The notes under the pieces: model-generated
The model's database searches: none
Seen by the model: only the letters and a program-made list of their open reading frames with translations
What the model was told of the DNA's origin: nothing
Program-made: the position numbers and the translations under genes
In this document: piece after piece, positions 36,822 through 48,203 of the stretch
Layout of the letters: each line of letters opens with the position of its first letter
Position numbering within the stretch: position 1 is the first letter of the stretch
Origin: an uncultured Acidobacteriota bacterium
GTDB taxonomy: Bacteria; Acidobacteriota; Thermoanaerobaculia; UBA5066; DATFVB01
Direction of reading: 5' to 3'
Assembly: GCA_963813155.1 (NCBI GenBank)
Contig: CAWEYG010000001.1
Coordinates: forward strand, 512,001-576,000
DNA: 64,000 bases

Positions 36822-39717
36822 ATCATCGCGCGCTCATTTTCGCTGCGGCTCGTCCCGCTCCTGGCGTTGTGGGTCTTTCGGACAACGGCCCTCTCGGCCG
36901 ACTCCGTGACCCCTGTGCGCTCGTTCCGCTCCTTCGACAAGCGGACCTGGAACGGCCTTCCCCAGTCCACGCCGCTCGACCTGTTGCAGGACGACTCCGG
37001 CTTGTTGTGGGTCGCGACCCTCGACGGCGTCGCGACATTCGACGGAAGCGATGTGGAGCGAATCGCGCCGAGCGGGGCGGCTCCGGCGAGCGGCGCCGTC
37101 TACTCTCTCGAGCCGCGCCGGAAGGGAGGCCTGTACGCCGGCGCGACGCGGGGAGTTCACGTCTTCGACGGGCGCGAATGGAAGCTCCTGCCGACGCGCA
37201 GCTCCGTGTTCTCGGTTGCCGAGGACCGCAGCGGCGCCCTCTGGATCGTCGACGAGGAGGGAAAAGTCTGGCGAAACCTCCATCCCGACTCCGGCGCGCC
37301 GTGGGACCTCCAGGGCGACCCCCGCATCCCCGCGTTCGCCGTCACCGTCTCCGCGGACGATTCGTCCGTGTGGATCGGCGGAAAGTCCGGCGTCGCGCGC
37401 GTCGCCGGAGGATCGATCGAGCCGTCGGAGTCGTCCCCGCGGAACGTGAGCGCTCTTCTCGCCTTGCCCTCGGGAGAATGCTGGGCCGGCACCGACGACG
37501 GACGCCTCTTTTTCCGGAAGGCGGGCGCGGCGGCGTGGACTTCCGTCGCGCCGTTCGGCTGGACGGGCGGCCGGATCCGGTGTCTCGCGCGCGATCGGCG
37601 CGGGCGGATCTGGGCGGGGGGAAACGAGGGCCACGTCGCGTTCGGGCGCGACGGAAGTCCGTGGGAACAGTGGGGCCCCGAGAATGGGCTCAAACCCGCC
37701 ACCGTCAACTCGATCCTCGCGGACCGCGAGGGCTCGATCTGGTTCGGATTCAACGGCAGCGGCCTGCAGCAATGGCTCGGCGAGGCTTGGACCCACCGCA
37801 ACCGCTGGTCTCCCGACGACGCGCTCTCCACCCGCGTTCCCGTCTTCGGCATCGCGCCGGCGGCGGGGGGATTTCTCGCGGCCGCGGTGAACCACGGCAT
37901 CTGGAAATGGGACGGGCAGCGGATGCGCGAGCTCGGCAAGTCCGACGGGTTGACCGAAGACGTCGTCAGCGTGGCGGAGCCCGCCGCGGGCGTGATCTGG
38001 GCGGGAGCTCGGATGGGGATCTTCGAGTCGCGCTCGGGGGGGCGATTCCGGAAGGCGTTCGATCTCCCGACGGGGTTCGTGACCTCCTTCTCGCGCTCGC
38101 CGGCGGGCGGTTGGTTCGCGACGACGTCCTCGGCCGGGATCCTCCAACTCGAAGACGGCGCGTGGACGCCGGCCGCGGACCTGAATCGCCAGCTTCCCGG
38201 ACAGAACGTCCGCGCGATCGCGTGGCTGCGCAACGGCGATCTGGCCGTCGGCACGATGCACGGCCTCGCGATGTTTCACGGGGGCGTCCGGCAGCCGGGG
38301 GCGGAAGGCGAGGGAATCTCTTCCGAGTCGGTCAGCAGTCTCCTGGAGCTCGACGGCGGAGAGCTCTGGGCGGGAGGAACGGGAGGCATCGCGATCCGCA
38401 AGGGCGGCCGGTGGCAAAAAGCGGAACGCGGGCCGAAGAGTTTCCCACCGACACCGTCTACTCCCTCGCCCGCGCGCCCGACGGAAGCGTCTGGGAAGGC
38501 AGCGGCGCGGGAGTCGGTCACTACGCGGGCGGAAAGTGGACGTTCTACGATGCGAGCAACGGGCTGATCGAGGACGAATGCAACTCCGGCGGCCTCTGGA
38601 TCGCGCCCGACGGGTCCGTCTACGTCGGGACGATGGCTTCTCTCGCCCGTTTCGACTCGTCGATCGCCGCTCTGGCCCTTCCGCCGCTGCGCTGTATCTG
38701 GAAAGACGCGACGGCGGCCGCGGCCGGCGGCATCACCCGCCTTCCGGACGGAACGCGGCGGGTCCGGCTGACCTGGACGGCCCCCTGGCTGACGCCCCAG
38801 CCGGTCGAATACCGGGTCCGGATCGCGCGGCTGGGCCCGGAATGGCTGCCGGCGCAGAGCGACAACGAGTTCGCGCTCGAGAACCTTCCGGAAGGCCGGT
38901 TCGACGTGGAGGTGGCCGCGAGACTCGCGGGCTCCGCCGAGGGCCAGTGGACGGAGCCGATCCGCGCGTCGTTCTTCGCGGAGCCCTTTTGGTGGGAAAC
39001 GCGCCTCGCGAAAGTCGCGGGAGCGCTGATCCTCGCGCTTCTCGTGCTCGCCGTCGTCCGCCTTCGCACGCGGCAGCTCGCCCGTCGGGCAGCCTGGCTG
39101 AACGAAGAAGTCGCGAGGCAGACGGCGGAGCTCCGCGAGAGCCACCTGGAGCTCCAGGAGGCCGCACCGCGCGCTCGAGGAGCTGGCGCGGCGCGACGCG
39201 CTGACGGGGCTCGTACAACCGGCGCATGGCTGACGAGCGCCTGGAAGAAGTCTTCAAGTCGCAGTCCAGAACGCGCGCGCCGATTTCCGTCATGCTCGTC
39301 GACGTGGACAACCTCAAGTCCATCAACGACCTCGGAGGCCACGACGTGGGAGACTCGGTCCTCAAGTCCGTCGCCGGCGCGTGCCGCGAGGTCTTTCGCG
39401 CCTCCGACCTGCTCGTCCGGTACGGCGGCGACGAGTTCCTCGTCCTCCTGCCGGAGACCGGCGAAGACGAAGCGGCGATCTGCGCGGAACGCCTCGTCGC
39501 GGAGCTCGCGGAGCTTCCCCCGATCCGGCTCGCAAACGAGTTCACGCGCCTGCAGATCTCCGGCGGAATCGCGACGGCTCCCGCGTCCGAAGAGGGAACG
39601 CCCGCGCAGCTGATCGAGCGCGCGGACCGCGCGCTCTACGCCGCGAAGCGCGCCGGGCGCAACCGCATCGTGCCGTTCTCCGCGATCGACGAGAGCGAGC
39701 TGGCCGCGCCGGGGTAG
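36822..39717 (+). CDS. ligand-binding beta-propeller/YYY sensor fused to a GGDEF diguanylate cyclase, frameshifts near 38430 and 39160-39215
   Basis: NGLPQST...QDDSGLLWVAT propeller repeats, PFWWETR TM segment, DVDNLKSINDLGGHDVGD, RYGGDEF. Confidence 0.9.
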
Positions 39718-39728
39718 GGCCTCGTTCT

Positions 39729-39757
39729 TGTCATTGCGAGCGAAAGCGAAGCAATCT
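39729..39757. repeat. GTCATTGCGAG...GAAGCAATCT palindromic repeat
   Basis: TGTCATTGCGAGCGAAAGCGAAGCAATCT hairpin, resembling a widespread REP/RPE-like family. Confidence 0.65.
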
Positions 39758-39772
39758 GCCCCGGGAACCCGA

Positions 39773-39816
39773 CCTCACCACCGCTCACGCGCGTCCCCCT
39801 CTCCATGTGGAGAGGG
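39773..39816. repeat. degenerate boxC-like repeat
   Basis: CCTCACC...CCCTCTCCA-TG-TGGAGAGGG. Confidence 0.6.
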
Positions 39817-39850
39817 AACAGCTGGGCTACCAAATCGAGCAATCTCCCCA

Positions 39851-39880
39851 TCCGTCGCGCCGAGCTTTAGCGAAGGCGGA
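39851..39880. repeat. CCGCCTTCGCTAAAGCT-type palindromic repeat
   Basis: Reverse complement reads TCCGCCTTCGCTAAAGCTCGGCGCGACGGA. Confidence 0.55.
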
Positions 39881-40004
39881 TGTCCCCTTTTCGGAGCTCG
39901 CGCGATGGGAACTGGTGGAGGGGTATGCTTTTCGAGATGACTTTCGATCGAGCCCGCCTGACGCCGGTTATCCACATTCGCTTAATCACCTGTTGGGCGG
40001 CGCA

Positions 40005-40234
40005 ATGAAGGTCATCTGCTGCTAGTGGTCGGGTTGGCGGCGACGATCTCGTGGGGAGCCGACCACGCTGACGAGTGGTTTAATGCCATCGAGCCGTCGA
40101 CCGTTACGACGAGCGTGCCGCCCGGCAAGGACTTCTCGACCGTGCGAATGACGCTCGCGGCAAATGGCGACGCCCAGGTTGAGGTGTCCGACCTTGCCGA
40201 TGGGAAGTCGTCTACCGGCTTCACTAAGTACTAG
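40005..40234 (+). pseudogene. short or degraded secreted-protein ORF (cassette-like remnant)
   Basis: ATG at 40005 hits a stop early; signal-like VVGLAATISWGA continues in another frame; lower GC. Confidence 0.4.
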
Positions 40235-40293
40235 TTTCAGGTACTCGACTGCTCTGCGAAGGGCATCCCTCTTTCTCCTGGCGCCGGAAATCG

Positions 40294-40629
40294 ATGCGAT
40301 CGACGGGCCGACGCTCGAGGTTCGTCATACGTGGCCTAGTCTCGCATGAAGACTTGAATCATTACGGACTGCTGTTGCTACGGCGGGCTTCTGGCAATCT
40401 GGTACGCCGCGATGTTTTACGTGCTCGACCGTCGGTTTCACACAGAGATGAGCCAGGAGGAGATCCGGCTGCCACGAACTCTCGCGCAGGGGAATTTCTA
40501 TACCGCCTTCTTTTGCCTACTTTCGCCGTCTGCTTCAGTGCCGGGGCCCTCTTCGGCGCTCTGATGTGGTGGCTGATGGAACGGCAGTACAAGCAGTATC
40601 AGCGCAAGAGCGGTGCCGTGAATGCGTGA
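40294..40629 (+). CDS. hypothetical membrane protein, possibly degraded
   Basis: C-terminal TM segment AVCFSAGALFGALMWWLMERQY; the N-terminal part looks out of frame. Confidence 0.4.
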   Translation: MRSTGRRSRFVIRGLVSHEDLNHYGLLLLRRASGNLVRRDVLRARPSVSHRDEPGGDPAATNSRAGEFLYRLLLPTFAVCFSAGALFGALMWWLMERQYKQYQRKSGAVNA

Positions 40630-40641
40630 ATTGCACAGCCC

Positions 40642-40700
40642 GCCGATCATCGACTTGCAGCGGACTTCGGCCCGCGGCTTTCCGCTGAGCTCCCTTGGGC
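40642..40700 (+). mobile_element. degenerate integron attC-like site (59 bp)
   Basis: GCCGATC ... TTGCAGCGGA ... TCCGCTGAG ... CTTGGGC, lying between a stop codon and the next ATG. Confidence 0.55.
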
Positions 40701-40710
40701 CGGGATAGAA

Positions 40711-41094
40711 ATGAATTGGCAATCGATCCCGAACCGCGGTGCCTTGATCGTTTTCGCCGCGATGTGCCTCGCAGGAAACGTGGGAAGAGCTGTCTACTAC
40801 TCGGCAGGCAGGCGCGAGTCAGATATTTTCGCCATGTTGTTCTATTTCGGCTTTGCCGGCGCGGTAGGCCACTGGATCACGGCGGACAGCAGGCGTATCG
40901 GTTTGCGGCGGGATCCCGACGGCGGCTTTTCTCATTGGGCCTGGCCTATTGCATTTCCCTGGCACGTCTTCAAGACGCGAGGAGTCCAAGGCTTTAAGAC
41001 GCTTGGCGGATTCGTCGCGATATTCTTCGGCGCATGCGGCGTTGGTTTGGCAGTGTTCTATTCTCTGAGGTACGCGCACAAGCACCCGCTATGA
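40711..41094 (+). CDS. hypothetical membrane protein (cassette-like ORF)
   Basis: 127 aa, 4 hydrophobic segments, WPIAFPWHVFKTRG; lower-GC codon usage. Confidence 0.7.
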   Translation: MNWQSIPNRGALIVFAAMCLAGNVGRAVYYSAGRRESDIFAMLFYFGFAGAVGHWITADSRRIGLRRDPDGGFSHWAWPIAFPWHVFKTRGVQGFKTLGGFVAIFFGACGVGLAVFYSLRYAHKHPL

Positions 41095-41149
41095 GCCCAC
41101 GTCCTGACTTCGCCTTTCTAGGGAGCGCGCGCCCCGCCCTCGTGACCCC

Positions 41150-41687
41150 ATGATCCCCCTCCTCCTCGCACTCGCCTCCGCGCCGCGCCCCTGCCTCGCC
41201 TTCCTTCCCTCCGACACGAAGGAGATCCCCGACTGCGTCTCGACGGACGCGCGAGGCGCGATGGTCGTCGGCGCGAGCGCCCGGAAGCAGCTCGCGTTCG
41301 AGCACGGCCTGGCGACGATCTCCGTCGACGGCGCATTCTTCTACGTCGACCGCCGCGGGCAAGACGGCCCGCGCGCTGCCGTTCGACAACGGCCCGGACC
41401 CGTTCGTCGAAGGGCTCGCGCGCACGATCGTCGACGGCAAGGTCGGGTTCCTCGACCGCCAGCTTCGGCGGGTCATCGCGCCGCAATGGGACTTCGCGTT
41501 TCCGTTCCGCGGCGGCATTGCCGTCGTCTGCAACGGCTGCCGCGCCGAACCCGGCGACGAGCACCGCAAGATCACGGGCGGCGTGTGGGGCTACATCGAC
41601 CGCAGGGGACGCACTGTCGTGCCGGTGACGCATCCAGAAGACAAGCTGCCCTCGCGCGAAGACGCGCTCCGCCTCATTCGGAAATGA
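41150..41687 (+). CDS. WG-repeat protein, frameshifted near 41360
   Basis: FEHGLA, FDNGPDPFVEGLARTIVDGKVGFLD, FAFPFRGGIAVVC, WGYIDRRG. Confidence 0.85.
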
Positions 41688-42004
41688 CGTCGCCGAAGCA
41701 CGCGCTCATCTACGCCGCCGTCTCGCGCATCCCGCGCGGCCGCGTCGCCACGTACGGGCAGATCGCGCGACTCGCGGGGCTCCCCGACCACGCGCGCCTC
41801 GTCGGCTACGCGCTCCACGCGCTGCCGGAACGCACGCGCGTCCCGTGGCACCGCGTCGTGAACGCGAAGGGGACGATCAGCATCCGCACGAGCGGGTCGG
41901 GTCACGACATCCTGCAGAAGAAAATGCTGCAGCGCGAGGGCGTTCGAATCGGCAAGGACGGCCGTCTGTCGCTCGCGCTCTACCGCTGGCGGCCAAGGGG
42001 CTAG
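41684..42004 (+). CDS. MGMT-family alkyltransferase-like (Atl/YbaZ-like) protein
   Basis: IPRGRVATYGQIA, ARLVGYAL, VPWHRVVN (Trp in place of the catalytic Cys). Confidence 0.92.
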   Translation: MTSPKHALIYAAVSRIPRGRVATYGQIARLAGLPDHARLVGYALHALPERTRVPWHRVVNAKGTISIRTSGSGHDILQKKMLQREGVRIGKDGRLSLALYRWRPRG

Positions 42005-42021
42005 GACGAAAGAGAGCTCGG

Positions 42022-42066
42022 AAAAAGAAAGCGGGTGGCGCAGCGAGAACCGCGCCACCCGCTTCC
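42022..42066 (-). terminator. terminator hairpin between convergent genes
   Basis: GAAGCGGGTGGCGC / GCGCCACCCGCTT stem with a TCTTTTT tail on the minus strand. Confidence 0.75.
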
Positions 42067-42082
42067 GGCGGACCTTTGAAAG

Positions 42083-45000
42083 CTAACGGGGTCTCTGGGG
42101 TCTCCGGGGTCTCGTCCTCGACCTTCGGCAGCAGGACGACGGGCGCCATCTTCTGCCCCTCGACGGTCTTGTTGAAGTCGGCGAGGTCGTGGTCGGCGAT
42201 GCCCTGGAACTCCGCGAGCACCGCGTCGAGCTGCTTCTTCAGCACCTGGTAATAAACCGTCTCGGAAACGGTCGGTTTCGCGTCCGCGCTGCCCACTTCG
42301 CCCGCGAGCGCCGCGAAGTCGTGGTCGAGCTTCGGAAGGTAGTTCAGGTCGTCCTCGTTCGCCTTGATCTCCGGGTTGATCAGCTTCGCCTCGACCGCGT
42401 CGAGCTTCGCCTTCAGGGCCTTCGCCTTCGGCCCGGTCGCGTCGCCCTTGCCCGTCTTCCGGGCGTGATCGTCGATCGACTTGATCTGCGCCTTCAGGTC
42501 CCGGATCTTCAACACGGTCTCGTGCGACTGCGACAGGCTGTCGCGGATCTCCTCCAGCAGCGTGTACTGGGCCTGGAGGTCCTGCGCGGACGTTCCCACC
42601 GTCGGGTTCGCTTTCACTTCGAACGGCTGCGTGAAGCTCTTGCCGTCGACCGTCAGCCGGACCTGGTAGGTTCCGGGCGCGACCTTCGGCGGGCGCTTGT
42701 CCCCCTCGTTGATGACCGCCTTCGGCACGAGCGTCGGCTTCAGCACGCGCATGTCCCACACGAAGCGGTTCAGGCCTTCCTTCGGCTCGAGCTTCTTTTC
42801 CTTCTCGGGCTCGGGCGGCGCCGGCTCGTCGGAGCCTTCGGCCTTCTTTTCGTCCTTCTTCTCGTTGTCGAATTTCCGGATCACCTTGCCACCGGCGAGG
42901 ATTTCGATCGCGACCTTCGACTTCTCGGCCGGCTTGTCGCGCAGCCAGTAGTCGATGAGAACGCCGTTGGGCATGTTCTTCCCGGACGCGCCGTTCGGCG
43001 GCGGCCCATCTCCTTCTTCCACCGTTTCGATCTGGATCCGAACGGCCGGCCGCGGGGCGAAGAGGTACACGGGCTCCGCCGCGACCTTGTCGTTCCAGCC
43101 TCGCAGCGAGTCGAGGTCGTCGAGAATCCAGAACGCCCGGCCCTGCGTCGCGACGACGAGGTCGCCGTTCTTGACCGTCAGGTCGGTGATCGGCACGACG
43201 GGAAGGTTGCGCTGGAACGGGCGCCACGAGGCGCCGTCGTCGAACGAGATGTAGAGACCGGTCTCCGTCCCGGCGTAGAGCAGCCCCGGGCGGACCGGGT
43301 CTTCGCGCACGACGCGCGTGAAGGCGTTCTGCGGAATTCCGGAGTCGATCTTCTTCCAGGTCTTCCCGTAGTCGGTCGTCTTGTACAGGTACGGGCGAAA
43401 ATCGTCGAACTGGTACATCGTCGCGGCGACGTAGGCGGTCCCCTTGTCGCGGGCCGAGACGTCGATCGCGTTGATGCGGATCCACTCCGGCATCCCCTTC
43501 GGCGTCACGTCCTGCCACGTCTTCGTGTTGTCGCGGGTCACGTGCACGAGACCGTCGTCGCTTCCCGCCCACAGGACGCCCGGCTCGATCGGCGATTCCG
43601 CGACGTAGAAGATCGTGTCGTACACCTCGACGCCCGTGATGTCGTGGGCGATCGATCCGCCCGAGTACCCCTGCTTGTCGGGATCGTTGCGCGTCAGGTC
43701 CGGGCTCGCCTCTTCCCACGTCTGCCCTTCGTCGGTCGAGCGCATCAGCTTCTGCGAGGCGAAGTAGAGGACTTTCGGATCGTGTTTGGAAATGATGATC
43801 GGGGCGTTCCACTGGAACCGGTACTTGAGGTCCTTCGTCGCGTGCCCGGAAGCGAGCTGCGGCCACGGGTCGATCTCGCGGTACTGGCGCGTCCTGCGAT
43901 CGAACCGCGTGATCTGGCCGCCGTAGCCGCCCGCGTAGACGATCTCGGGGTTGCGGGGGTCGGGCGCGATCCAGGCGCTCTCTCCTCCGCCCACGTCGTA
44001 CCACTCGTTGGCCGTGATGCCGCCGTATCCCGGAACTCCCGTCGGCATGCCGACCGTGGAGTTGTCCTGCTGCGCGCCGTAGACCCAGTACGGGAAGCGG
44101 TCGTCGGTGATCACGCGGTAGAACTGGGCCGTCGGCTGGTTGTCCTGCGTCGACCAGGTCTGGCCGCCGTTGTACGTGATCGTCGCGCCGCCGTCGTTGC
44201 CGAGGATCATCCGGTTCGAGTCGTCCGGATCGATCCACAGGATGTGGTTGTCGCCGTGCGGAACCGGCATCGTGTGGAACGACTTTCCGCCGTCGCTCGA
44301 TTTATGGAACTCGACGTTCGTGTGGTAGACGATGTCGGCGTTCTTCGTGTCGGGAAAAATCCAGGAGTAGTACCAGGCGCGCTGGCGGATGCCGTGGCTG
44401 TCGGACACGTGCGTCCACTTGTCGCCCCAGTCGTCGCTGCGGTAGAGGCCGCCCTTGTCCTTGTCGGCCTCGATCATCGCGAAGACGCGCCCCGCCCGGG
44501 CCGGGGAGGCCGCCACGCCGACGCGCCCCCACGGGCCCGCGGGCAGCCCGTTCTCCGTCATCTTCTTCCATGTGTCGCCGCCGTCGGTCGACTTGTAGAG
44601 GGAGCTGCCCGGGCCGCCGTCTTCGAGCGTCCACGGCTTGCGGTACGCCTGCCAGAACGCGGCGTAGAGCACGCGCGGATTGTTCGGATCCATGGACAGA
44701 TCGGATGCGCCCGACTTGTCGTCGACGAAGAGGATCTTCTTCCACGTCTTGCCGCCGTCCTCGGACCGGTAGATGCCCCGGTCGGCGTTCGGGCCCCAGA
44801 CGTGGCCGAGCGCCGCGACGTAGACGACGTCGGGATCTCGCGGATGAATGACGACGCGCGAGATCTGGTACGTGTCGCGCAGCCCCATGTTCTTCCAGGT
44901 GTGTCCCGAGTCGGTCGACTTGTAGACGCCGTCGCCGTGGGAGACGTTGCCGCGGATCGGCGATTCGCCCATTCCCGCGTACACGACGTTCGGATCGGAG

Positions 45001-45341
45001 TCGGAGACGGCGATCGAGCCGACCGAGCCCGTCTTGAAGTCCTTGTCGGACATCGGCTCCCAGTTCGAGCCGCCGTCGGTCGTCTTCCAGACTCCCCCGC
45101 CGGTGCCGCCGAAATAGAACGTGAGCGGCTGCCCGCGCACGCCCGTGACCGCCGTGGCGCGGCCGCCGCGATAGGGCCCGATGTCGCGGAACTGCAGGCC
45201 GGAGAAATCGTCGGAGAGAGTCCTCTCCTTCTCGGGCTCCAGCGGCGTCGCTTTCTTCGAACGGGCCGCGTCGAGGGACGGCGCGAGACCCGCGGCCAGG
45301 ATCAGGACGGCGAGGAAACTCCAGCGGCTGTTCTTTAGCAC
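42083..45341 (-). CDS. VPS10/BNR-repeat secreted glycosyl hydrolase-like protein
   Basis: Signal peptide, IGPYRGGR, many SxDGGxTW Asp-box repeats. The true stop is probably TAG at 42083-42085 via a 1-nt indel, since the terminator lies just beyond. Confidence 0.9.
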
Positions 45342-45404
45342 GAAACACTCCTCCTCAAAAATTCCGGGGACACGAAGACGCATTATAGATGCCGGGGATG
45401 GGCG

Positions 45405-46566
45405 CTACTGTCGGAATCTTGCAGCGATGTCGAAAACCGCCTCGACGACGTCGCCCCTCTCCGATTCGGTCATGTCGGGAAACAGCGGAAGCGACACGAT
45501 CCGCTCGGACACGAAATGGGCCTCCGGAAAGTCTTCCGGTTTCCAGCCGTATTTCTCCCGGTAAAACGAGAACTCGTGCGCGGCGGAGTAATGGAGACCG
45601 CATCCGATGTTTCGCTCCTTGAGCTCCGCCATGAAACGGTCCCGGTCGATCGTCAGCCGATCCAGGTCGACGAGCGGCGCGTAGAGGTGCCAGGCATGTT
45701 TGGACGGCCACGGCACGGCCTCCGGAAGGATCAGCGGAGCGTCCCGGAAATCCTTCTGGTACGCCTCCGCGAGCTTCCTTCGCTTTTCGATGAAACCGTC
45801 GAGCTTCGGGAGCTGGTGGAGGCCGAGCGCCGCCTGGATGTCCATCATGTTGTACTTGTAGCCGGGCAGCGCGATGTCGTAGCGCGGGCTGCCCGACTTC
45901 GCGAACCGCTTCCAGGCGTTGCGGTCCATGCCGTGGAATTTCAGGAGCGAGACTTTCTCGAAGACTTCCTCGTCGGAGGTCACGACCATGCCCCCTTCGC
46001 CGGTCGTGATGTTCTTGTTCGGGTGAAACGAGAAGACGGACGTCGTCGGGAACGAGCCGATCCGCTTTCCGCGGTATTCCGTTCCGATCGCGTGGGCCGC
46101 GTCTTCGATCACGACGAGGCGGTGTTTCCGCGCGAGCTCGAGGATCGGGTCGAGGTCGGCGGGCTGGCCCACGTAATGGACCGGGATGAGCGCTTTCGTC
46201 CGCGGCGTGATCTTCTTCTCGATCTCCTCGACCCGGATGTTCAGGTTGCGCCGGTCGATGTCGGCGAGCACGGGCGTCGCGCCCGCGAGCTCGACGACGT
46301 TGAGCGTCGCGGCGAACGTCATCGGCGTCGTGATGACCTCGTCCCCGGGACCGATGCCGTGCGCGAGCACCGCGAGGTGCAGGCCCGCGGTCGCCGACGA
46401 GAGCGCGCTCGCGTGGCGGCCCGCCGACGTACTCGCGAAACGCTTCCGTGAATTTTTCCGTCTTCGGCCCGGTCGTGATCCATCCGGACCGAAGCGAATC
46501 GACGAGCTCGGAGATCTCTTCCTCGCCGAGCGACGGTTTCGCGAAGGGAAGGAACGTGTCACGCAT
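45405..46566 (-). CDS. DegT/DnrJ/EryC1/StrS aminotransferase (ArnB-like), frameshifted near 46420
   Basis: [54 protein letters not shown]. Confidence 0.93.
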
Positions 46567-46580
46567 CGAACTTCCTCATC

Positions 46581-48203
46581 TCAAAAATTTTTCACCACGA
46601 TGTACTTGCGATTCTCGGCGACGAGGCTCCCCCGGTGGCCCTCCATCTCGGGCCGGTCCCTCTTGCGGAGCAGCGCGACGAGCTTCTGGCCCGAATCCCA
46701 ATCCTTCCAGAACTCCTCGCGCGGGCGAAAGAACGCCGACTGGTCGCCGCGCCCGCTTCCGAATTCGAGCTCGTTTTTCCACCCGTAAATCGGGATGCGT
46801 CGCTGCAGCACCCAGGGAAAGCCCTGCAGGTACGTGCGGTAGGACACGACCGATGCGTCGGAGCCCGCCGCGTTTCCGGCGGAGATCGCCAGGCCCTGTG
46901 CCGAACTGTCGGCCGCGAAACTCGGAAGCGCGAACACGGCCGCGGCGCACAGGACGGCCCACCCCGCGGGGAGCACCGCGATCGAGCGAGCCGGGTCTCG
47001 CCGGGAAACGAACGCGGCGATCCAGAAAACGACGACCGCGCCGGCCACGGCCCCGGCCGCGAGCGCCGTCACGCCGAGACGGGCGAGGTCGCCCGACCGC
47101 GCTCCAAGCGCGAGGCCCGCGATCGCCGCCGCGGTCCAGAACACGGCGTTTGCGAAAAGCCCGCGCCGGGGCGGCGCGCCCGATTCGAGACGCCGGGCCA
47201 GAAGCACGGCGAGCGCCGGCGCCGCGGGAAAGATGTACGGCACGAGCTTCGAGTGCGACACCGAAAAGAACACGAGGATCACGGCCGTCCAGCTCGCGAA
47301 CCAGAGGTCCGAGAGGCCCTCGGGGGCGGCGCGGCGAGAACGGGAAAACCGGGAGGCGATTCCCGGAACGAAAAAGCTCCACGGAAGGAATCCCGCAAAC
47401 AGCGTCAGCACGAAGTAGTACACGGGCCCGCCGCGCGAAGCCTCGGGCGTCGCGTAGCGCAGAAAGTGTTCGTGAATCCAGAAGAAGCTCGAGAACCCGG
47501 GGGCCGCTCTCTCGACCGCGACGAAGTACGGGACGGTCACGAGGAGACAGATCGCGGGCGCCCAGGAAAAGAGAACCTCGGGGATCCTCTTCCATCGGCC
47601 GGAGACGCCGCACCACACAAGCAATGCGCCTCCCGGAAGGACGATGCCGACGAGCCCCTTCGCGAGCACCGAGAGCCCGCAGCCGAGCCCGACGAAAGCG
47701 GCTGCCGCGCGCGCGCTCCGGCCCTCTTCGCGCGAGGTCACGAAGTCGTGCAGGGCCACGAGCGCGACCGTCATCGTGAACGTGAGCACGCCATCGGTCA
47801 GGTTCATGCGTCCGAGCGACCCCGCGAGCGGCGCCGCCAGGAAGATCAGCCCCGAGGCCAGTGCCACGCGGTCTCCGAATTTCCGCCGCAGTCCCAGGAT
47901 GAGGAGAAGGAGGACGCCGAGCGTCGCGAGGCGGCACGGGAGGCGCGCCGCGTAGGCGTTCAGGCCGAAGACCCGGAACGAAGCGGCGTTGGCCCAGTAG
48001 AGCAGCGGCGGCTTCTCGAAGTAGTCGACGAAATTCAATTTCGGGACGAGCCAGTTTCCGCTCGCGAGCATCTCGCGGGGGATCTCGGCGTAGCGGGCCT
48101 CGTCGGGCTCGAGCAGAAAGGACCCGGGCAGCTCAAGAAAGAGGAGCGCGCAGAAGACGGCGAGCCAGGCGAGCAGGACGCCGCGGCGCGGCAGCGCGTT
48201 CAC
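46581..48203 (-). CDS. ArnT-like GT-C (GT83/PMT_2) glycosyltransferase
   Basis: EPDEARYAEIPREMLASGNW, YFEKPPLLYW, LAKGLVG, HEHFLRY, SKLVPYIFP. Confidence 0.92.
   Translation of the reverse strand: MNALPRRGVLLAWLAVFCALLFLELPGSFLLEPDEARYAEIPREMLASGNWLVPKLNFVDYFEKPPLLYWANAASFRVFGLNAYAARLPCRLATLGVLLLLILGLRRKFGDRVALASGLIFLAAPLAGSLGRMNLTDGVLTFTMTVALVALHDFVTSREEGRSARAAAAFVGLGCGLSVLAKGLVGIVLPGGALLVWCGVSGRWKRIPEVLFSWAPAICLLVTVPYFVAVERAAPGFSSFFWIHEHFLRYATPEASRGGPVYYFVLTLFAGFLPWSFFVPGIASRFSRSRRAAPEGLSDLWFASWTAVILVFFSVSHSKLVPYIFPAAPALAVLLARRLESGAPPRRGLFANAVFWTAAAIAGLALGARSGDLARLGVTALAAGAVAGAVVVFWIAAFVSRRDPARSIAVLPAGWAVLCAAAVFALPSFAADSSAQGLAISAGNAAGSDASVVSYRTYLQGFPWVLQRRIPIYGWKNELEFGSGRGDQSAFFRPREEFWKDWDSGQKLVALLRKRDRPEMEGHRGSLVAENRKYIVVKNF

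Noticed and set aside
39968-39976. Perfect DnaA box TTATCCACA
   Set aside because: Single copy with no box cluster, AT-rich unwinding element or dnaA/dnaN nearby; not an origin.
41150-42004. Apparent WG-repeat-MGMT fusion
   Set aside because: Caused by the frameshift near 41360; the WG gene stops at 41687 with an ATGA overlap to the Atl gene.
41877-42082. C-terminal extension of the VPS10 protein overlapping the Atl gene
   Set aside because: It runs through a terminator hairpin; likely an indel in the GAGACCCC micro-repeat before TAG at 42083.
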